Positions 11,133 through 22,600 of a DNA stretch of 64,000 nt are shown here, piece by piece. The notes beneath the pieces were generated by a model. The model was not told where the DNA came from and did no database searches. It saw only the letters and a list, made by a program, of their open reading frames with translations. The stretch is from Octopus bimaculoides (taxonomy: Eukaryota), in assembly GCF_001194135.2 (NCBI RefSeq), contig NC_068989.1, positions 85,849,790-85,913,789 on the forward strand, read 5' to 3'. Each line of letters begins with the position of its first letter. Position 1 is the first letter of the stretch. The position numbers and the translations under genes were made by a program.

Positions 11133-14100
11133 GCCCGTGTCTAGTTGTGTTATAACTGTTTATTCTTTCTGACACCAACTACCAAAACATTTTACTTTTT
11201 GTTTTTCTTCCAGAATTTGTTCCCTGTATTGAAAAAATGTTTCAGGAGAATGTAGTGATCGGCAGTGGTTGGACAGCACAAGAATCTCACAGGTTTGTAT
11301 AGTTTGGCTTGCTGTAAAAACTTTTCTCATTTCGTACTGTTCAGAGCAGTGGTTCTCAACTGGGATCCACGTGACCCTTGAGAGTCCATATAAGACTTTG
11401 CTGTTAAGATTTGTGTGCCATGAACTGATTATTCTTCTACAAGACACAAAATGTTTTAATAATTTTTTTAATACAATTCTTAATAATATTTAATTATAAA
11501 AATATGATATTGATGTCTGTGGGAGTCTCACCATCATCATCATCATTTAACAACTGCTTTCCATGCTGGCATGGGTTGGATAGTATAACAGGAGCTGGCT
11601 AGACAGAAGACTGCACTAGGCTTCAGTGTTTGTTTTGGCATGATTTTTTATGGCTGGATATCCTTCCTAACATCAGCCACTCCGCGGAGTAGATTGAGTG
11701 CTTTTTATATGGCACCAGCATGGGCAAAGTCAGTTTTGTCATGGTTTTTGCAGCTGGATGCCCTCCCAAAGGCCAACCACTTTACAGTGTGGACCAGGAA
11801 TCAAAAAGGTCCATAGGCAAAAATGGTTGAGAACCGCTGGTTTAGAGAAATGAAGTGCTATGGAATGTAGCACTACTATTAGTGTCTGTTTTTCCCTCTT
11901 CTATTTCAAAAGTGATTTATTTTCTCTTTGTAATTTCAGGCCACTTGCTTATAGCACTTTAGCTGACTTGATTCACCACGTGCGCCAAAATCTGCCCCTT
12001 AATGATCTCTCTTTGGCGGTGAATGTTTTTGCCAAGAACGTACATGATGAGTCCCTGCCAAGCAGTATACAGACGATGTCCTGCAAACTGCTTCTCAATC
12101 TTGTGGAATGCATTCGGACCAAGAGCGATCAAGAGAGTGGCAATGTAAGGCCCCCACTTTTCTTCTCTTTCTCATATAATACACTTTATAATATACAGCT
12201 GCAAATGAATAGAACTCTCGTTAACCAGATTATTAAATTTACTTCCTCATGGAACTTATTTTCAACTTGGATTGATTGAGTCATTAAGAGCTGAATGTTG
12301 TTGTTTAACCTCAAGTAAGGCTTGACTGAGTAGTTTTATTATCATAGAAATTCTGTTTTAGGCATGCTGTTTCTTGGATTATATTAATTAATGTGTCCTC
12401 CTCCTTTTTAAGAAGATAGGAGGTAATTTAAGGGAGATTTGACTGCTATCTCAAGCAGCAAATTTGCATAGTTGTTAGAATATCAGTATTGTCTTAAATT
12501 TAAACTTCAGTTTAAATCCTTTAAATACTTAGGATTTTGGTTATGAATAGATCTGAGTTTTTATTTATTTGTAAATTTTAAATAAAGGAAATATAAATTA
12601 GAATTGAATTTCCCTTCTCTAGTGGAGACAATTTTTCTGCTTGATACGATTCCTGTACTCTTATGAAGAAACTGGCTGTACATTGTCCTTGATAATGTTT
12701 GTAGTAATATGATTCTCCGCAAATCACAACAGTCATCATCATCGTCATTTAATGTCTGCTTTCCATGTTGGCATGGGTTGGACAGTTTGACTGAGGTCTG
12801 GCAAGCCGGGAAGCTGCACCAGGCTCCAGTCTGATCTGGCAAGATTTCTACAGCTGGATGCTCTTCCTAATGCCAACCACACTGAGAGTGTAGTGGGTGC
12901 TTTTCACATGCCTGCCTTTCATTTTCAGGAATTGGTCTGTATCATCTAATGTTTCTTTGTTGTTTTAAATACAGTAAGTTGTGATTGGAGGAGGGATTCA
13001 GCTTGTTATTTCTGGCAGTTTTAGTGACCATGTAGAAAATCTTCAGTAGCTCATGTCAACCTTGTATTGTCATGATGTTTAACTTTTGTTTTTCTTTTTC
13101 AAACACAGGGCCGTGAATTGTTTATGAGAATGTTGGAGGTTTTTGTTTTGAAATTTAAAACAATTACCAAAATTCAGCTTCCACAGATCCTCCAGAAATG
13201 GTAAGAACATCAGTTTTGCTTACATGCTCCTTTTTCATTCTTTGGGGGTTTTAAATTTCATATAGTGGCAAGCAGGCAAAACCATTAAATTTGCGAGTGT
13301 TAGGATTAAATATGTATGCGATCAAGCGTCATCGCATAACTAACATTCAACCGCACTCATATATATTTATGCATGTATGTATATGCCTACATATTCATAT
13401 GGATGCATGAGATACGTATATATGTGTGGGAGCTATATATTTCTAATCATACCTATTCTATTTGTAGTCGACAGAGTCAGCTGAATGCAGAGAAGTGTGC
13501 AGCAGATAGCAATGCCAAACCAGATGTAAAGACTCCAGAAATTACAACAGTTGATGTAAAACCAATTCTTCTGGAAATAAAAGAAAAGGAGGAGAAGGTA
13601 GGAGAAATGTGTTTGTCTCTATTGAAGATTGTTTGGAAGGGAGCTATTTATATGCCAATTTAAAAGACTGAGGTATCATGGCAAAGAGCATCGGAAATCT
13701 GTGATAAAAATATCTTTGAGATAAAATTTGTCTGTTACTTGTGTCACTGAGGACAGCAGTAGATCTCCTCTATTTCCCATACAATGTTATCTGTATAACT
13801 AAAATGTCTATACACTCCACCTATACAACTTTCCAGGCAGTTTGGCATCAACATTCATCATTCACGCATATTGTTTATCCACCTCTTGGTATCCATCATG
13901 CTCCCACCTCTATCCTCTCTAGTGTTGGTGCCATAGTACAAGGCATGCAGTTAGGTGTTGTCAAAGATACAAGAACCTCCTTAATGCTGATATCACAAAT
14001 ATAAAAAAAAAAACTCATTCTACACTTGTAGCAGCTGGAATATTCCAAACCGCATGTTTGGTTTCAGTGATGACTGAGTCTAATGTACTTCCAGCTGATG

Positions 14101-17100
14101 GATACATACATGTACACACATACACATGTACACACATACACATGTACATGTATTCGTGTATGCATACAGACAGTGCCCCCCCCACCTGGCTCCTGTACTG
14201 GTGGCAAGTAAAAAGTACCATTCATATGTGGTCAATGCCAGTGCTGGCTCCTGTGCTGGTGGCACGTAAAAAGCACCCATTACACTCTTGGAGCAGTTGG
14301 TGTTAGGAAGGGCATCTAGCTGTAGAAATATTGCAAGATCAGATTGGCGCCTGGTGCAGCCTACTGACTTGCCAGACCTCAGTCAAACCGTCCAACCCAT
14401 GCCAGCATGGAAAACAGGCATTAAATGATGATGATTATATATATACATACATGTATATCATCATCATCATTTAACGTCCATTGTCCATGCTGGCATGGGT
14501 TAGATGGTTCGATCGGGGCTGCACAAGACACCAGTCTGATTTGGCATGGATTCTACAGCTGGATGCCCTTCGTAACGCCAACCACTCTGAGAGTGTTGCA
14601 GGTGCTTTTTACATGCCACCAGCATGGATGCCATTGACCTGACACAAGCATCAGCCATATATATCATCATCATCATCATTTAATGTCCATTGCCTGTGCT
14701 GGCATGGGTTGGACAGTTTGACCAGGGCTGGTATACTGGAAGGCTGCACCAGACTCCAGTCTGATTTAGCATGGTTTTCTATGGCTGGATGCCCTTCCTA
14801 ATGCCAACCACTCTGCTATCTGAAATGATCCTTGACCAACTAATGCTAGCAGGGAAAAACTACTCTTAAATGAATATAGAATAGCATTTGAAAGTAAACC
14901 AAGTACACTGGCCCTGTTTAATACCACCACTTCCAGGGTTTACTCCGTTACAATATTCAGACAAAATCTTCAGTTTCCTTCTAACCGTGTTTTGTCAGTA
15001 GATGTTTAGCCTTATCTTCAGCAGTATCAGGCTCGCTGGCATATGATGGTCTGAAAATGTCATATGCACTAGCTTCTCCCAACATGACCAACTTATTGTA
15101 AAACAATAACAAGAAACATTTTAGTGATTGTGCTGTTTATCATCACTCATTGTGTCTTTCTTTTCTCTCTTACAGACTGCTCGGTTTGGAGTGTCCGCAA
15201 CTCCGTACACAACATATTCTGTGGCGGACTGCCGAAGCCTTGTGAAGACGTTAGTGTGTGGCGTGAAGACTATAACCTGGGGTTTAATAGCATGTAAAGG
15301 AGGGCCAGATTTAAACAAACAGTTCCTGCCTAAAGAGATATTAGTTTTCATCCGCCTCGTGCGCTATGCATTACAGGCTCTGGATATTTATACAGTGAAT
15401 CTCTCGTCTACAGGACAGGCCATGGTCAGACCTGCTGTGTAAGTTATCATTTCAGGCATTTGGCCATCTTCGTTGTTTTTCTCTCTCTCTCTCTCTCTCT
15501 TTCAATTTTATTTTTTCGCTATTAGAATGTCATACGTGCACTCCTTGTACATTTGACAGACATATACATACGCATTTCCACATGCATTGGCTCAGTCATT
15601 TATGCTTCATTTGTAAAGGCGCGTGGCTTAGTGGTTAGGGTATTCGGCTCGCAATCATAAGGTCATGAGTTCAATTCCTGGCAGCACATTGTGTCCTTGA
15701 GCAAGACACTTTATTTCACATCGCTCCACACCACTCAACTGACAAAAACGAGTTGTCCCTGTATTTCAAAGGGCCGGCCTTTGTCACATTCTGTGTCACG
15801 CTGAATCTCCCTGAGAACTACGCTAAGGGTACGTGTGTCTGTGGAGTACTCAGCCACTTGAATGTTAATTTCATGAGCAGGCTGTTTTGTTGGTCAGATC
15901 AACTGGAATCCTTGTTGATATTAACTGACGGAGTAGTGCCAGTTTGTTACACTCACTCGTACACATACACTCTGTCACATACACAGTCAAGATTATCCCA
16001 CTTTTCTTTATTCCGTGTTTGTAAGTTTTTTACTTCAGTTCTTCCCTGTTCTCAGCAATGTCTCCTTTTTTTACAGAGGTCAAAGTGTCAGGACAAAAGA
16101 AGAGAAAGAAGTACTTGAACACTTTGCTGGTGTGGTAAGTAATATAACTTATGCATACACAGTAATCCCTTGCCATGTTGCGGTTCACCGATCGCGGTTT
16201 ATTATTTAAGCTTACATCAATTCCTCCGTGGTGTTGTTTTGTATTTATAATAAGATAAGATAAATATATACAAATTATAAAAATAATTTTAAAAAAATAC
16301 AGTACAGTACTGTTTCTACTTTGCGGATTTTCACCTATTGCGGGGTATTTTGGAATGTAACACTCACGATAGTCGAAGGATTACTGTATACATACACACA
16401 CATACACGCATGCAATAATAGCTACTATACCTGTCGCTGTGAAGGCACATGGCTCTGATTACAGGGTCAGGCTTACAATCATGTGGTAGTGAGTTTGGTT
16501 CCTGGACAGGGCTGTGTGTTGTGTTCTTGAGCAAGACACTTTATTTCATGTTGCGCCAGTTCACTCAGCTGTAGAAATGAATTGCGATATCACTGGTGCC
16601 AAGCTGTATCGGCCTTTGCCTTTCCCTTGGACAGCATCAGTGGCACGAAGAGGGGAGGCTGGTATGCATGGGTGACTGCTCGTCTTCCACAAACCACCTT
16701 TCCTGGATTTGTGCCTCAGAGTGGAACTTTCTAGGGACAATCCCATGGTCATTCATGACTGAAAGGACTCTTGTTCCCTCTCTCTGAAGCTTTTCTCTCT
16801 TTTTATTGCTGTCCTCAAGTATTTGTACTTTTTCTTTGCAGTTTACAATGATGAATCCACAGACATTCAAAGAAATCTTTTCTATCACAATAGAGGTGAG
16901 GACCATTATCATTTTTATTTTTTTTTGTTTTAATTTTGATTTTCACTTCCCATTGATTCTCTTTGGTTTTGCTGTTTAGCCCTGAGTTAACCCTGATTGA
17001 GAAACTATGATCAAAGGTGTTCTAGATGTGGCCATCCTGTCTTTTTATATATCCGGGATTACATTATCCAATGTTTCTCTCTTCATTTAAGACGACAGAA

Positions 17101-19588
17101 TGTTAGTGGAGGAAGTTTGGCTGCTACTTCTAGCACGTTGAGTGATTGCATAGAAACTTTCATGTTGAAAAGATTCTACATTGCCTTCAGATATAAAACC
17201 AGATCTCAGTTTTCTTGAGGATCTCTCCTGGTAAACACACATCCTCTACATAGCAAAGACTGCATTTCAGAAACTAGTCCTTCTCTTCAGAACCTGGAAA
17301 CACTAAAACCCTCTGCAACTACTAACTCTTTCTGAAGGTAATGTGAGAACCACTGTGGAGTACTGCTCCCACATCTGGACAGTACAGCACTGTCCAAGAC
17401 GCGAGAATGCATTCAAAGAAAGATCACCTGACTGGTTGACATAAAACCCATCACCAACACACTCCAACTTTTCTCCATCCGACTCATTGTCTCTTCTCTC
17501 TGCTTTTTCTGTCACTGCTACTACACTGGCTTCCATTTCTTGAAGCTGAATGATGTCCTGTCACCCTAACTGAACCACTCCTGATTCACTCATCTCTTTT
17601 CCTTTTCTGCCATATTGTGTTCACCTTTCCATGCTCCTCATTAACCAATATTCTGTTGTACTTTCTTCCCAGAAAGCAACCATTGGAACTTCCTCTCTGT
17701 ACATGTTTTCTCTTACAGTCATTGACTTGCAGCTGTTCAAGACAAACATCCATATCAACCTACACCAGTCATGGTCCCTTTCTCTAACCCAAACCAATAA
17801 AAAATGCAGGATAGCCATGCAGTACATACCCATCTCCTTGTCACCACCGCCCCCTAATTACTGGAGTAGTAGTTCCATAACATTGTTAGTTAAATGAACT
17901 CCCAATCTTTCAGTTGGTTGTCTGACATTCTATCAACTCAGCCATCTGAAACTGCCACAATCATGTGACCACCATGTGACCCTACCGACATATGAGTTAC
18001 AAAGGAGCTTCTTTATGATCACTCCACACTCTACTATCTTAAAAGGGTAAAGGGATCTTAGGTGATGGGCGTGGTCAATGCTAGAATGGTTTCCCCCCCT
18101 TTTTCAAATACACTCTCACTCATTTGATGGGGCTTTTTCCTTTTCCTTTCTGTACTTTGTCTTTTAAGTCATTTGGCAACCTCACTGGGGCTGTTGTCAT
18201 GTAAAAAAATATCCAATACATTCTATAAAGTGGTTGACATTAAGAAAGAGCATCTGGCTGTAGAAGCTATACCAAATCTGACATTGGGACCAGACACGGC
18301 TCAGCAGCTTGTTAGACTCTGTCAAACTGTTCAAATCATGCCCGCATGGAAAACAAATGATGATGATGTCTGCTGGATCAGTTGATATGGAGGGAAACAC
18401 CAACAGTAGGTATATAGAAACAGTCTGGATCAATCTTTTGAGTACACTGTACAGTTTTCTACCAGATGGAACCATCATGTTTTTGGAGCATTGTCCTAAT
18501 AACACTCATGTTTCTATTCCCTTTACACTTCATTCATGTATTTCATTTTATATTTCCAGTACATGGTTGACCGTATCCATAACAATTATGCACTCCAGGT
18601 AAGATATTCATTGTAAATCTTGTGTGTGTGTGTGTGTACTGAAGTTGTTTTAACCCTTGGCATTTAAACCAGCCATGTCTGGTTAAAATATTCTGCTTGT
18701 TTGACGATCAAATTGGATAGATTCAGCCTCTCACACCTACCTTACAATATCATTTGAAAAATAAACAATCACATTATTGAAATCTAACTTCAAGTTATTG
18801 TAAGATAAAGCCATTTCCACTTAAAAACTGTGAAATTTTCAGTATGTGGTGTTTTTCAATGTTTGAAGTGGAGATTGATTTACTGTTATGGCTTCAGCAA
18901 GTAGTGATTCTGGCTTTGTCCTCAAAGAGTTACAAGAATGTAGAAGAAAGTAATAATAACTTGTCTTTGGATAAATCAGATATGGATGTTTCTGAATTTT
19001 CATCTAATGAGGAAGAGTATTTTGATAGCTAAAATGATGCTTTTCAGGACATCATTCAAAACATTATGGCAACATGGTTAAACACTACAACACCAGGGCA
19101 CCTTCCTGATTTTATTGAAAATGCATAATTGTAAATAATCGGTATTGGTTTTAAACATCTGCTGACAATATTTCAAGTCTGCTTGTAAGAAATTTACAAA
19201 GTTACAAACATTGTTGACACCCTCTGTCTTGAGTATGATTAATTCAAGACAATGTGAATAAATAAGCATTACATTACATGACTAGTGACTGAGACCTTTG
19301 GCGATATGCTGTACCTGAGAAGACCCATCAAGCCAAGTGAAATCGTATTTGTGACTGATGCTGGCATCATATAACTGGCACCATTTGAGTGTTGGGCCTC
19401 ATGGAGGCAATGTGGCCAATGCCAGTGGCACTTACAAACATCCATTACACTCTTGGACTGGTTGGAGTTGAGAAGGGCATCCAGCGATAGAAACCATGCC
19501 AAATCAGACTGGAGTCTAGTGCAGCTCCTCAGCTTTCTAGCCCTGGCCAAACCATCCAACTCATGCCAGCATGGACAATGGATGTTAA

Positions 19589-19619
<31 letters not shown>

Positions 19620-22600
19620 AACAGAGTAATCTAAATACTAAGGGCTTAACAGATCTTCTGGGATATTATCTTCTCATCTATAACAAATTGACCTCTGACA
19701 GGCAAAGAACTCGTGAAAATCCACAAGAGAAGAGAGAATCCTTTGTGATGTTGAGGAAGTATGAAGACAATTGTGACTGTTAGACTGTGAAGTTGAACCT
19801 TTTGGTGTTTGTGACATGACTGGTCATTGGTGAAGGAGACCAGTTATTGAGGAGTGGGTGTATGTTGGCGTAGGCTTCTATGATTTCTGTGTGTTGTCAC
19901 ACAAGAATTACTGTAACCCCGCAGTTCAACAACATACGAACACTCAAAGCAAGAATACAAACACTTCAATATGGAAATGGGTGGGGAGAATAATTGGTCA
20001 ATCAGACATTGGAGGAAGTGCAACTAGGTTGTCAGAGAAAGATAAACATCCAAAATGGATTCTTCAAGCAAGAAGACTGATGAGAGATAAGATATGTTTT
20101 CTGTGCTGGTTTGTGTTGCTGTGTTTATTTCTGTATGTTGGTGTATTTTCTTAGTGTGTGTATATGTCCCTGAATGCAAATGTGTAAGTGTATATGCATT
20201 GCTGAGTAGTAAGTGTGTGTTAATGTACAGATGAGACTGTATTTAGTATGTGTGTGTGCTTATGACTGCAAATGTGTTTGTGTGTATGCATGTGTGTTCC
20301 TGAGTGCAAATGTATTTGTGTCTTTGTATGTATTCGTATACCAGGATGTGTTTCTGTGCAAGTTTGTCTGCTTGTATATGAATGTATTAACTTCCCTCTA
20401 CATTATTCTTCTCTCTATCTTCATTGTCTCTGAGAAAATAACCCTAGAAATCTATTGTTATACTTCCAGATCATAGCCAACAGTTTCCTGGCTAATAACA
20501 CCACCTCAGCAACATTTGCTACCATTTTGGTGGAATTTCTGCTTGCTAGAATGGAAGAAATGGGATGTAAGTACTTTTCTTTCTCCTTTCACACTCTCTC
20601 CACCCCCGTTGCATATACATGCATACACACACACATACACCTCTTCCTCTTCAAAACAACACCATCTTCTTTGTTAAAATGATTACTTCACTGCTATTGT
20701 ATATTGTTTTTGTTTTTGAGGCATGAAAGCTGCAACTTCCCATATTCTGTCTTCCTCCCACTTCCACACTCTTTATCTATTTAATGCTACATTCTGTAAT
20801 TTGTTGAAATTGTTTTCCAGCTTCAAATACTGAAAGATCAAATCTGTATCTGAAATTATTTAAATTGGTGTTTGGATCAGTATCTTTGTTTGCAGCTGAA
20901 AATGAGCAAATGCTGAAGGTATGTTGCATATTCAAATACTGAAGATATATTATATATTCAAATGCTTGTTGTTAAGAGGGTAATGAATTGGCAGAGTCAT
21001 TAGAGTCTTTGAATAGATTGGCAGAGTCATTGGTTGGATTCAACAATGTCAGTAGAGTCAATGGATGAATGTGGCAGAGTCAGTAGAGTTGATGGATGGA
21101 ATACCACACTGTAATTTGTTCCAACTTTCTGTATTCTGAGTTCAAATCCAGCTGAAGTGCGAGGAGTGAAGAAGGTAATGATAGATTAGAATTAGACAGG
21201 ATTGGCTGGAGGTGGTAATATTAATTTGTCCCAATTATTAATATGTTCTTTTTTTTTCTTCTTTTTTTGTCAGCCTCACCTACATACCATCGTCAACAGA
21301 ATTGGCTGGAGGTGGTAATATTAATTTGTCCCAATTATTAATGTTCTTTTTTTTTCTTCTTTTTTTGTCAGCCTCACCTACATACCATCGTCAACCGTTC
21401 CATGTCACTGGCGATGACTGCAAAAGAACCATACAACTATTTCCTCCTGTTACGGACTCTGTTCCGCTCTATTGGAGGAGGAAGTCATGACATGCTTTAT
21501 CAAGAGTTTCTGCCATTATTGCCAAATTTGCTTCAAGGTAAGTGAATGTTGTTATTTAATCCCAAATCAATCCTGATTCAACAAATATGCTCTGAGATAT
21601 TCCATGTGTGAGCATTATATCATGCAGTAGTATGTGATATCCTTGATACTGTATGATATTCTTGATTTTGTTGATATCATATGATATGAGCATGTCTTTT
21701 CTTGTCTTTTAGGTTTGAACAGTCTCCAAAGTGGCTTACATAAACAGCATATCAAAGACTTGTTTGTTGAGCTGTGCCTAACAGTACCCGTACGACTCAG
21801 TTCTTTATTGCCATATCTACCCATGCTCATGGATCCTTTAGTATCAGCTTTAAATGGATCACAGACCTTAGTTAGTCAGGCAAGTAGTTCAGATTTTACT
21901 CTCTGTTGGTTTGCTTTCTAAAATTGTTCCTGACTGACATTAATATTATAAAAACTTCAAAAAAAAAAAAAAGAAATGTAAATATCTTTTTAGTACAAAG
22001 AAGGGCATGTTTAAGGGCTAATGTCATTGCCTGCTTTTACATAGTTAAATGGATGAGAGATAAACCTAAGTTTAGGGCATTGCTCTATCACAGATAACAT
22101 TTCCAGGTGATTTGGTGTCATTTAATGTGCTAGAAATAGCAGTTAGATTTCACTCACATCACTCACTCTACTGTCTTAAGGAGAATATGTTAGATTATGT
22201 AGTCACAATTATCCCTAAAATGACAGGATATTCATGGTTGGGACACTTTTGATCAGAAGTCAACTGGGATTAGTAAACAACAATGTGAACAGAACCAATA
22301 TTTTCTGCTAATGTTACTTGTAATAAATATTATGATCCAAGGAGAGGTTTATCCCTCAGCTCCTAAATCAGAACGAAGCAGAAACTGGGTAATATTTAGA
22401 ACTTTTTTTTTTTTTTAACATTGTGAGAAGATTCCACTGTAAAAGAATGTGTGGCTGTTATGCTTTTCTGCAACATTTGCTGAAGCTCTACTAGACTAGA
22501 GACTGATGTATGTATGGCATTTGTATAAGCATTGTGAAATGTTTGTCCCTTATGCTATACTCTGTGTGTGTATGTTGTAATATGTAATCATGAAATTATT

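Noticed and set aside
16039-16076. Alternative acceptors upstream of exon 15 (AG at 16038 and 16055)
   Set aside because: 16055 would add 7 codons in frame, but the 16076 site gives the length matching human and has the better tract; no evidence of use.
17120-17900. Minus-strand ORFs 17303-17536 and 17621-17833 as a LINE or nested gene
   Set aside because: Only a vague EKLECV resemblance; no recognisable motif set.
19858-20154. WKWVGRII as an old RTE C-terminal remnant
   Set aside because: One short motif; surrounding residues do not fit.
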